A DNA stretch of 64,000 nt, taken from assembly GCA_951406725.2 (NCBI GenBank), contig OX597821.1, positions 85,126,001 to 85,190,000 of the forward strand. Direction: 5' to 3'. The stretch comes from Octopus vulgaris. Its lineage: Eukaryota. The position numbers and the translations under genes were made by a program. A model generated the notes under the pieces. It searched no databases and was not told where the DNA came from. It worked only from the letters and a program-made list of their open reading frames with translations. Below are positions 41,157 through 52,349 of this stretch, one piece after another (position 1 is the first letter of the stretch; each line of letters begins with the position of its first letter).

Positions 41157-41538
41157 GTAGGAGTGGCTGTGTGGTAAGTAGCTTGCTTACCAACCACATG
41201 GTTCCGGGTTCAGTCCCACTGCGTGGCACCTTGGGCAAATGTCTTCTACTATAGCCTCGTGCCGACCAAAGCTTTGTGAGTGGATTTGGTAGACAGAAAC
41301 TGAAAGAAGCCCGTCGTATATGTGTGCGTCTGTGTTTGTCCCCCTAGCATTGCTTGACAACTGATGCTGGTGTGTTTATGTCCCCGTCACTTAGCGGTTT
41401 GGCAAAAGAGACGATAGAATAAGTACTGGGCTTACAAAGAATAAGTCCCGGGGTCGAGTTGCTCGACTAAAGGCGGTGCTCCAGCATGGCCGCAGTCAAA
41501 TGGCTGAAACAAGTAAAAGAAAGAAAGAATAAAAGAAT
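41157..41538 (+). mobile_element. SINE family A, full length
   Basis: High similarity to 449-920. Confidence 0.9.
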
Positions 41539-42155
41539 AGTTAGTTTTTTAAAACTTAGTATGGCAGTATAATTCAATAAAACATTTTACCATATTATAC
41601 TTTACGTCATTGAAACTAAACAGTACGACCAACGGGCTTATTAATTGATGATGGTGGTGTGATTCTATAAGATAAAACGTAAATATAAAATGTGGGTTTC
41701 TTTTGCTTTTCTATTTACCCTAATGTATCATTTATGATTGTTAAACATAAAGATAAGTATATCTACATAACTGAATAATACTTGTCTAATTAAGAGTTGC
41801 TTGCAGAGTTTACACCTGCTTTAAAAGCTATGCAGTGTTTAACATTGACTCAACTAGTAAAATAAATAACTTCACTGTCCTCTCTACCTTTTAACATTAT
41901 ATCAGTTTTTCCGTGTCTTTCTGGCTACTTACAGTTTAGAATATTGCTCTGTCTGTTTTCCTAAATTCTGTCATAACATCATGTTTATATAATTGGAGTG
42001 TATATATATATAAAATAAAATTTTTGATCACAGCAACTAAAATGGTTGATATTTTGACATTAGTTTAAACTGATGGAAGCTTTTTCATGTATATTTATAT
42101 TTTTAGCATTTTTATTTACCTGCATCTTGATTACAAGAATTTTTTTCTTTCTATT

Positions 42156-42197
<42 letters not shown>

Positions 42198-42206
42198 CCA
42201 TGAATA

Positions 42207-42575
42207 GGCGCAGGAGTGGCTGTGTGATAAGTAGCTTGCTTACCAACCACATGGTCCTGGGTTTAATCCCACTGCATGGCACCTTGGGCAAGTGTCTTCT
42301 ACTATAGGCCTCAGGCCGGCCAAAGCCTTGAGAGTGGATTTGGTTGATGGAAACTGTAAGAAGCCCATCGTATATGTGTATATATATACATATATGTTTG
42401 TGTGTCTGTTTGTCCTCCCAGGATCGCTTGACAACCAATGCCGGTGTGTTTACGTCCCTGTAACCTAGTAGTTCGGCAAAAGAGACCGATAGAATAAGCT
42501 CTGGTCTCGATTTGCTCAACTATAAAGGCGGTGCTCCAGCATGGCCGCAGTCAAATGACTGAAACAAGTAAGGAG
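42207..42575 (+). mobile_element. SINE family A
   Basis: Full head and tail; ends about 290 bp before leader exon 2. Confidence 0.85.
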
Positions 42576-42862
42576 TAATGGTCAAATTTGATATACTGAC
42601 AGATTATAAATGATTCTGACTTTAACCTTTGGCAATTCATGACTGTGTTTCTAATGAAATTCGCTGTCTATATACTTCAATTACTTTTGGAAATGATATA
42701 AAAGCAACTATGGAACATAATTTATAACATTAAACTACAGCAGGTTTTAATTTCCTATAATCATTTTTAAAACTGCAAGTTTTGTATTTTAAAAACAGAC
42801 GTGATGTGGGATAATTCTTTGGGCCAGTTCCCATTTTAATGTATTTTCTTGTCTTTTTTCAG

Positions 42863-42964
42863 GGCGGCTGTTCTGGTCTTTATTACATAGAAAATCCCGA
42901 AGGCTTCTGCCGTTTCAAGCGGAAATTCAACTTCAACGCAGAGCCACCGTGGGATCCCAGCTAG
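42863..42964 (+). CDS. Regulatory uORF (uCC), part 2: GGCSGLYYIENPEGFCRFKRKFNFNAEPPWDPS*
   Basis: Acceptor TTTTCTTGTCTTTTTTCAG| at 42862. Phase-0 frame ends GCA GAG CCA CCG TGG GAT CCC AGC TAG, matching the EPPWxPS-stop C-terminus of AZIN1/ODC uCCs. Confidence 0.9.
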   Translation, partial: GGCSGLYYIENPEGFCRFKRKFNFNAEPPWDPS

Positions 42965-42997
42965 CATCGGCTGAGTGCAGGTGTTCCTATTGGCCAG
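42863..42997 (+). other. ODC1: ODC leader exon 2 (135 nt)
   Basis: Strong acceptor and donor CAG|GTAAGA (42998). GC/CpG-rich island (7 CpG) in AT-rich intron; contains no ATG. Confidence 0.85.
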
Positions 42998-43699
42998 GTA
43001 AGATGCTATATTACACATTTGTTGTTTGAGATGTTTTATTAGTAAATCAAGGGTTTTCAGACTTTTAATTTCATCATTTATAATTTTTCTACCTCGTTTT
43101 CTTCATACTTGTAACGAAACCATGTTTTCACATTTGTAAATAGATCTTAATGAGATTATTGCAAAATGAATGAGATCATTGAATCTCTCACTTAACTAAA
43201 GCATATAGATTTATGTGTATGTGTGCATGTATACCTCTACCTCCACACCAAACAATTTATGTATGTCTGTCTGTGTTTTTATATATGCAAATAAAAGGCA
43301 ATGATTTGGTCTAAGCATACCAGCCAAAATTTCAAATGAGATCTTCAACTTAATAACTCAATATATATACTCTATGTAATGTATTGAACTCTGATCTTTT
43401 TAATTGAGCCTCAGTCTACTGTAAAGTCATATAAGTATTTATGTATATATACAGATACATCTGTACACATATACATACTGCGCACATTAACTGATATACA
43501 TAGCAATAAATGTAGACACTCCTACACAGGCAGATACACACTCGCACAGTTGTATAAACCCTCGGGTGGAACTTGGTCACAATCAACAAATTTTTATATG
43601 TATGTATATATCTCACCATCTTTTAACGTCCATCGTATCGCTCCAATACACCACAACATTTGAACTTTTAACTTTTTTGTACTTTCTGCTTTTTATCTC

Positions 43700-43905
43700 T
43701 GTCTGGCATTTGCCATGATAGATCGCTGGCCACTACACATTCTTTTTTTTTCTCTCTCTGTTCCTTTCTGTGGAAGAGCGTAGGCTCGAAACATTAAAGA
43801 CTTTTTCACTTCCCAAGCGTTAAACTAATACATCTGTTTGTTGTCTACACTACCTGTCTTCGTCTTTTGTTTTTTGTGGGGGGTTTTTGTGTGAATTCTC
43901 CCTAT
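43700..43905 (+). mobile_element. Short element with a degenerate hammerhead-like motif (43764-43799)
   Basis: CUUU-CUGUGGA-A-GAGC[GUAG]GCUC-GAAA-CA-UU-AAAG; followed by a pyrimidine-rich tail and (TA)n, same layout as 23790-24017. Confidence 0.45.
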
Positions 43906-45169
43906 ATATATATATATACACACACACTCATACGTGCACAGACTGTATCTCATGAGACTGGATTGTGCTTGGAAAGTTTTTCTCAAAGCCTAGGTCTCCT
44001 AGATAATGTTTCTAGTGGTAGACCCATTCATCCTGTGACTAATGTTTCCCATGAGATGAGCAAAGACCAATGCAATCTGCTGAGATACTGAGATACTTTA
44101 TATTATCAACCCCAAAAAGCATAGAAAGCACAGCTAACTTTGATTGAATTTGAACTCCAGCATGCAGATAACCAGAACAAACACTGCAGGATATGCTATT
44201 CATTGCTCTAACAACTCCACCAGTTTGTTGTCTTAACTACTTCTACACAGTCACACACATCACTTCCACATATGCATCACTCCTATACATACACAGACAA
44301 GAGTTGCAGATGTTGAAATAACCTCTAATGAAAAATAAAAATAAATATTTAACATAAGTCATGTGATAAGCATTTTTCAACTACCTTCACCCCTACCCCA
44401 CCTGTCAAAACTAAATCAATTTGGTTGATAGAAATTATACAGAAGCCAGCTATGTGTGTGTCTGTGTGTGACACAGACGTGGTTACATCATTTACATTTT
44501 TTCATAACCAATATGCCTTGTGGATGGTTTTATTATACGTGAAGATAGTGGAATAAAAATACCTTGCAAAATGAATGTTGGTTACTGAAAGAGTTGTAGA
44601 ATACTCTCTCAATAACTTGTCGAATTCAAACCTGTATGGAAAAAAAAAATGGATGTAAAAATAAAAATGACATAAACACACAAACAAAACAAAACAAAAG
44701 GCGATTTTTCTCTGATTAAAAAGCAAATTGTATTGTGCTTGAGTGTAAACTAGAAAAACTGAACAGTTGTGAAATGTGGGGCTTGAATGCAGAGGATTTA
44801 CAAAGACTAGAAAGAAAAGTAGTGAGCAATGTTCTGTTCTGTAATTTTAGATTACATGAACCATGTAGCACAAAGAAACTGGGACAAAATGGTTAAAAAG
44901 AGAGATATAGTGTGCAAGAGGGAAGAGCACATTGGTATGGGCATGTGGTACATATGAAAGATGACTTGACGTGGATGGAACCTGTGGAAAAAGGGAGACC
45001 TAGAAAGACATGAGATACATTGAAGATTGATATTAGGAGAGTGATTCTCATAAAGCTGACAAAGGACTAATGGTTGATAGCATGCATTGCTAGGAAGGGC
45101 CCTCACCCATCCATGCAAGGATGGTATAGTAAGCATTATGATAGCCCCTGCCCATTCAAACTACCTTGG

Positions 45170-45697
45170 ATACCAGAACATCCCGCTGTGCTTGAGGAGA
45201 CCTATTGAGTCAAGTACATGAACATCGAAATAAATATCAATGGAAATAGTAGTTGTGATACCTGTGCCGGTGGCACATAAAAAGCACCATCTGAACGTGG
45301 CCGATGCTAGCGCCACCTCGACTGGCTTCTGTGCCGGTGGCACATAAAAAGCACCATCCGAATCATGGCCGATGCCAGAGCCGCCTCAACTGGCTTCCGT
45401 GCCGGTGGCACATAAAAAGCACCATCCGAATCGTGGCCGATGCCAGTGCCACCTCGACTGGCTTCCGTGCCGGTGGCACGTTAAAAGCACCAACCGATCG
45501 TGGCCGATGCCAGACTCCCCTGGCACGTAAAAAGCACCCACTACACTCGCAGAGTGGTTGGCGTTAGAAAGGGCATCCAGCTATAGAAACACTGCCAGAT
45601 CAGACTGGAGCCTGGTGCAGCCTCTTGGCTTCCCAGACCCCAGTCGAACCGTCCAACCCGTGCTAGCGCGGAAAACGGACGTTAAACGATGATGATG
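45170..45697 (+). mobile_element. Retroposon family D, longest copy, with four 67-68-bp internal tandem units
   Basis: GTGCCGGTGGCAC..AAAAGCACC units start at 45264, 45331, 45399 and 45467; (GAT)n tail. Confidence 0.85.
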
Positions 45698-46087
45698 TAG
45701 TGATGGTGACTTGATATTTATGTCTACATTTTGAGCTATATATTTAGTATATCTCTGTTAAGCCACCATCTGCTGCTCCTCTCCTTATTACATTTGGGCT
45801 TATTTCTCTTTTTAAGCTCTCTGGTACACTTTTATCTGTTGCTAATCTTTCCTTCACTAACCAGCTTACCTTCTCATCCACTGAACTCTCTCTCTCTCTC
45901 CATCATACTCTCACTGCAGTTTTGTATATTTTCCAATGCTCTCACCTCTATCATTGTTTTAAACCACAATTTCCCTCCTCATTCCCCACCCTCTATTCAC
46001 TCTCTCTGTCATGGTCACGGTCATGTTGCTTTGACTGAATGAAGACACTGCAGAGCACAAAGCACACTTGATGATGATGATAATAAT

Positions 46088-46285
46088 CCTTTCTACTAAA
46101 GGCACAAGGCTTGAAATTTTACGGGAGGGGTTAAGTCAATTACATCAACCCCAGTGTTCCGCTGGTAGTTGTTATATTGACCCTGAAAGGATGAAAGGTA
46201 AAGTCGACCTCCGCAGAATTTGAACTCAGAAAAAAAAAAAGACAGATGAAATATTATTAAGTATTTTGCCTGGTGTACCAACGAT
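46088..46285 (-). mobile_element. SINE family B, diverged
   Basis: Reverse-complement body, flanked by (TAA)n. Confidence 0.7.
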
Positions 46286-46842
46286 TCTGCCAGTTTGCTG
46301 CCTTGATAATAATAATAATAATAATAATAATAATAGTTCCATGACAAGATGGACTCAATATATTCTGTAAAGTGAGATAATGCAGAGAAGATTCTTAAAT
46401 TTGTTCGAAGACTTGACATCTGTACAGTGCCATGATAAAGTGCATCCAGCACCCTTTGAAATGGTTGATGTTATGAAGGACACCCTTTCTGTAGAAATAA
46501 TGCCAAAACAGAAAACTGGAATGAGGCATGATCAGTGTGGAAAGGCAGTAATGTTGTATAAGAACTGACTCGTATTGTGATGATTCATCCGACTCTTGCC
46601 AACAGAGAGAGCAGGCATAAAAGTTGTGTGTATATGTCTACACACACACACACACAAAATTGTTTGAAGTTGCTATCAATATAGACTTGGCACATGTATT
46701 GAGTCCTTCATTCAATGTTTTTATACATTTAAAGACACTTCTTTTATAGTCTTGTAAATATACACACTTATTTGTAGTGAAGCATGTATTTATGTACGTG
46801 TAATGTGTTTACATATATATGTCTATATCCTTGAATCTCTTA

Positions 46843-47236
46843 ACTCTTTTACTTGTTTCAGTCATTTGACTGTGGCCATGCTGGAGCACCGCCTTTAATC
46901 GAGCAACTCGACCCCGGGACTTATTCTTTTGTAAGCCCGGTACTTATTCTATCGGTCTCTTTTGCCGAACCGCTAAGTAACGGGGACATAAACACACCAG
47001 CATCGGTTGTCAAGCAATGCTAGGGGGACAAACACAGACACACAAACACACACACGCATATATATACATATATACGATGGGCTTCTTTCAGTTTCCGTCT
47101 ACCCAATCCACTCACAAGGCTTTGGTCGGCCCGAGGCTATAGTAGAAGACACTTGCCCAAGGTGCCACGCAGCGGGATTGAACCGGAACCACGTGGTTGG
47201 TAAACAAGCTACTTACCACACAGCCACTCCTGCGCC
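46843..47236 (-). mobile_element. SINE family A, full length, inverted relative to 41157 and 42207
   Basis: Reverse complement of the 449-920 sequence with few differences. Confidence 0.9.
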
Positions 47237-48029
47237 TGAATATATATTAATATATTCCCAAAGGAAGAGTTTAATTCTACTGCAACAGTTTCTACAACAA
47301 TAAATACTATTTAGTAATATTCCATGATAAATGAATATAAGTTTGTATTCTTTACAAATTTACACTCCTTCCTCCATGCTAGTTGTTTCAGGTAATTGTA
47401 TAGATGTTTGCCTATGTGATTATAGTACTGTTCGGATACCTTACCTAATAGCGAATTTTCTTTCAAGTTTAGAATGTCGCCAGAATTTTACTTTAGCAAA
47501 TCTAGGATTGGGACAATCTTGGTAGCATCCCATTCCTAAGTACACCCACTAAATTATTTACTAATGATTATAGTGAATTTCGAAGACAGAGACTGAGTCT
47601 CCTTGTCTTAACATTGCACTCTAATAAGAAACAAATTTCACCATCACATAATCAGTGGTGTTTGTTTGCAGTCCATACTAGGGGAAAATATTAGATTGCT
47701 TGGGAATACATGAAGTTTGGCAACAGAAAAAGCATCTGACCATAAAGATACTGTATCAACAAATCTGAACCCATCAGAATACACATTTTCGTTTGTGTCT
47801 GATTAGTAGTACTCCTCATTCTGTGTTTGACTCTACTGCTTATTCCTCTGCAACTGACTTTAACTGTTATCACTCTTGAGTTAATGAAGCAGGTACCAGA
47901 AATATGCTACAGATGAGCTGGCTTTGTTTAAATAGGAATAATATGGTTGACTACTCTGTCAAATGTAATGCTTATTTATTCATATTGTATTCAGTTGACC
48001 AGGTATTGTCTTGTAACTTCAAGATTGCG

Positions 48030-48375
48030 ATGATGATGATCATCATCATCATCATCGTTTAACGTCCGTTCTCCATGCTAGCATGGGTTGGACGGTTCGA
48101 CCGGGGATCTGGGAAGTCAGAAGGCTGCACCAGGCTCTGGTCTTATCTGGCAATGTTTCTACAGCTGGATGCCCTTCCTAACGCCAACCACTCCGTGAGT
48201 GTAGTGGGTGCTTTTTACGTGCCACCTGCACTGGTGCCAGGCGAGGCTGGCATCGGCCACGGTTGGATTGGTGCATTTTACGTGCCACCTGCACGGAAGC
48301 CAGTCGAGGCGGCACTGGCTTCGGCCACGATTCGGATGGTGCTTTTTACGTGCCACCGACACGGAAGCCAGTCAA
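48030..48375 (-). mobile_element. Retroposon family D
   Basis: (CAT)n followed by the reverse-complement body. Confidence 0.85.
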
Positions 48376-49045
48376 GATGAGTGTTTATTTTCGAAATGAC
48401 ATTATAGCGAATGCATAAGAGGCTGAATCTGGCCAGTTTAAACATAAAACAAGGTAGAATATTTACATTGTATATGGCAAGTTTAAATGCTGAAGAGTTA
48501 GTCTAAACACTGTTTAACGTACTGCCATCAGTCATTCCTCGTCTTTCAATCATGACTGGTTAAAAATTCATGTACAATATGAAATTCTTCTCATCTTTCA
48601 TCACATTAATGATCTGTCTAGGACAAATTTTGTGTTATTTAGCATTCTTTTTAATACTTAAAACACAATTTCACATACATTTACCTTGTTATTTTAATTT
48701 TTATATATTATTCTTCATTTCAACTTGTAAATCAGCTTTCTACCAAAATGATTTTATTCTGCGAATACCAAGCACACTAGAGGTGATAAATCTTAAAACC
48801 TGCATCTTCTTGAGTGCTAGAAATTTTTTGCAATTTTATTTATACATAGTAATTGCTAATATTGCACAAGGTTTGTTGAATAATACATGAGTTTTTGTGA
48901 TAACTCAGTTCTCTGAATCAGGAATTCATTATCAATGCCAGCTCTTCAGTCGAGTCAGAAAGAAGGTACCTTTTCAATGTTAACCATCTGGTTATTAGAA
49001 CTCCTCCCTTAGTCCCTCTATTTTCCATTACTAGGTATTCTACAT

Positions 49046-49976
49046 ATCCGAATGTGGCCGTTACCAGCGCCGCCCCGACTGGCCTCGTGCCGGTGCACAT
49101 AAAAAGCACCATCCGTTCATGGCCGTTGCCAGCGCCGACCCGACTGGCCTCGTGCCAGTGGCACGTAAAAAGCACCATCCGTTTGCGGCCGTTGCCAGCC
49201 TCGCCTGGCCCCCGTGCCGGTGGCACGTAAAAAGCACCATCCGTCCGTGGCCGTTTACCAGCTCCGTCTGGCACCTGTGCGGGTGGCACGTAAAAAGCAC
49301 CCACTACACTCACGGAGTGGTTGGCGTTAGGAAGGGCATCCAGCCGTAGAAACACTGCCAGATCAGAATGGGCCTGATGCAGCCTTCTGGCTTCCCAGAC
49401 CCCAGTTGAACCGTCCAACCCATGCTAGCATGGAAAGCGGACGCTAAATGATGATGATGGTGATAATTGCTACAACACTTGTTCGGGTTATCTCTACAGA
49501 TTTTCTATAGAAATTAAAGCCTGCACTGATTTTGTTACGTTTCATATCTGACATGCTTCATCTAGAATACGGTATTGACTTACAAAAACATTTAATGTAC
49601 ATTGTAATGTATTATGGTTACATAACAAAATACCATATCCTTACATGTTTGCCACAAGTCCTTTAATTTTTCCTGGTGGATAAGTTTTGTTTTCTTTATT
49701 TGCCATAGCCAGTACCGCATCGACTGGCCTCCGTGCTGTGGGCACGTAACAAACACCATCCGATCGTGGCCATGCCAGCCTCGCCTGGCACCTGTGTCGG
49801 TGGCACATAAAAAGTACCCACTACACTCACGGAGTGGTTGGCGTTAGGAAGGGCATCCAGATGTAGAAACTCTGCCAGATCTGACTGGCCTGGTGCAGCC
49901 TTCGGGCTTCCCAGACCCCAGTTGAACCGTCCAACCCATGCTGGCATGGAAGGCGGACGTTAAATGATGATAATGA
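49046..49976 (+). mobile_element. Two retroposon family D copies (about 49046-49460 and 49700-49976)
   Basis: Tandem units plus common 3' body and (GAT)n tails. Confidence 0.85.
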
Positions 49977-50035
49977 TTTGAAAAGAGACAAAAGAGCTGC
50001 TATCTCCTATCTGAGCTTAAAGGGTGTTAATTTAA

Positions 50036-50256
50036 CCCTTTAGCATTTAAACCGGCCATATCCGGCCAAAAATATTCTACCTGTTTTATGTTCAAACTGG
50101 CCAGATCTGGTCTCTCACACCAACCCTACAATATCGTTTTAAAAATTAACAGCTACCTCATCAAAATCTCATAGCTACAAGATAATGCCTGATTAGTTCA
50201 AAACAATGTGGATAAAAAAGGATTAATTTTAGCAGAATAATGCGAACACTAAAGGG
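50036..50256. mobile_element. piggyBac-type MITE
   Basis: TTAA|CCCTTTAG...CTAAAGGG|TTAA; related copies at about 60555-60766 and 48410-48500. Confidence 0.75.
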
Positions 50257-50441
50257 TTAAACAAAGATTTGGACTGTAACAACCCATCCAGCCTATGCCA
50301 ATATGTAAAGCACTGCAAATTTAGACAATAGATTTTTATTTTCTGCATGTGCTGGAGTAGAGGTGGAACGAATTGCATATGAAACTTTAGCAATTTCCTT
50401 CCTCTCTCTTTGATATCTTTCACTAATTATCACCAAGTTCA

Positions 50442-50626
50442 AAGGTGGTGAGCTGGCAGAATTGTTAGCACACCATGCAAAATGCTTTGTGGCTTTTCAT
50501 CTGTCTTTATGTTCTGAGTTCAGATTCCACTAAGGTTGACTTGGCCATTCATCCTTTCAGGGGTTGATGTAATTGACCTTCCCTCCTCCTCCTGAAATTG
50601 CAGGCCTTGTGTTAAAATTTGAAACC
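50442..50626 (+). mobile_element. SINE family B with all CpGs decayed
   Basis: Aligns by eye to SINE B, but consensus CG positions read TG, CA or TA. Confidence 0.8.
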
Positions 50627-51204
50627 ATTAATTGTTACCAAGTTCAGAGATAGGGAACATTCTTATGTTAGAAGGCTGCATCAGACAAGTTCACATTTCA
50701 AAATTTTTGTGGTGCTAAACCTATTATTTTATAAAATATGCATAAAAATTCTAATGAAATATGAAAAAAACAATAATTTTGAAATAAGCACACACATCTC
50801 TGGCATTTTTCCAACAAATTCTTTAAGTTTTCTAGATTTTAAATACAAATGTATAAATAAGTGTTCTAAAATTTGTAATTGGTTGGAAGGGCAGGCTTCA
50901 AATAAAATCAAATCAATAGACATAGACCAGTATAAGGATTCTCTCAAACGTTGGCCTTCTTTTAGATGGCTGCACTTAGCCCAGCCCTTTAGAAGCCAGC
51001 AGGCTCTCCACACCTGATCTAGTTGATACTTGGATGTATATTTGACTGCTTTCTCATTGAAGTGAATGTTATTTCAGCCTCTGAAGAAGTATAGATTACA
51101 CTTTATGTTCAAGCTTGGGGTACATTATCTGTGAATATATTGCTTTAATTGAGAATTATTCATATGACTTGTTTCTCTCACCTTATCAGTATACTTTTTA
51201 TTTA

Positions 51205-52151
51205 ACGTGGCCATTGCCAGCCTCGCCTGGCCCCCGTACCGGTGGCACATAAAAAGCACCATCCGACCGTGGCCGTTTGCCAGCCCCGTCTGGCGTGTAA
51301 AAAGCACCCACTACACTCACGGAGTGGTTGGCGTTAGGAAGGGCATCCAGCCGTAGAAGCATTGCCAGATCAGACTGGGCCTGGTGCAGCCTTCTGGCCT
51401 CCCAGACCCCAGTTGAACCGTCCAACCCATGCCAGCATGGAAAGCAGACGCTAAATGATGATGATCTCCCTTGGTCATTAATTTCACAAGCATAATGTAT
51501 GTTCGTGTAAGTTTGCTTTGCAATTGTCTTGTTTGGTCCCGTTGCACCTCACATGAGGCAAGTGTCTTCTACAAGTGCCTCAATTTCACCAATACCTTGC
51601 ATTGTAATATGGTAGATGGAATCTGTCAAAGCTTGTTGTGTGTGTGACAGAAATGGAGGTAAGAGATAACATCTACATCTTTAGCTGGTATATATCGCCC
51701 AAATATGAGCCTTTGTTTTCACTTTCTGTCTCTAATATTTACTTCTTCAATCTCTGATTTCTTTCCCAATACACACCTTCCCACTCTCTTATTGATCAAG
51801 CTTCTTCTGACACTGTTGTGGCCGATGCCAGTGCCGCCTAGACTGGCTTCCGTGCCGGTGGCACGTAAAAAGCACCATCCGAATCGTGGCCAATGCCAGC
51901 GCCGCCTTGACTGGCTACCATGCTGGTGGCACATAAAATGCACCAATCCGATTGTGGCCATTGCCATCCTTGCCTGGCACGTAAAAAGCACCCACTACAC
52001 TCACAGAGTGGTTGGCGTTAGGAAGGGCATCCAGCTGTAGAAACACTGCCAGATCAGACTGGGCCTGGTGCAGCCTTCTGGCTTCCCAGATCCCCGTCAA
52101 ACCGTCCAACCCATGCTAGCATGGAGAACGGACGTTAAACGATGATGATGA
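51205..52151 (+). mobile_element. Two retroposon family D copies (about 51205-51465 and 51815-52151)
   Basis: Same body and (GAT)n tails. Confidence 0.85.
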
Positions 52152-52349
52152 TACCTTTTAATTAACCCTGTAAATTTTTGTGCACTTTCTTGTGTGGTTT
52201 TGTTACCTGTGAGGCATAAGGTTGGTTAAATGTGTAGAAGCTCCTATTCTGCTTCCTGGATAATACCATCTTTAGGCCTGTGAGTGTATTAATCAGTTCT
52301 CTATTACAGCCACTTGAGTCAAACTCTCAGCAAGGATGTGGTATCATGA

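Noticed and set aside
45264-45530. CRISPR-like array of palindromic direct repeats with spacers
   Set aside because: The spacers are homologous to each other, the array is the internal tandem repeat of a dispersed (GAT)n-tailed retroposon, the context is eukaryotic and there are no cas genes.
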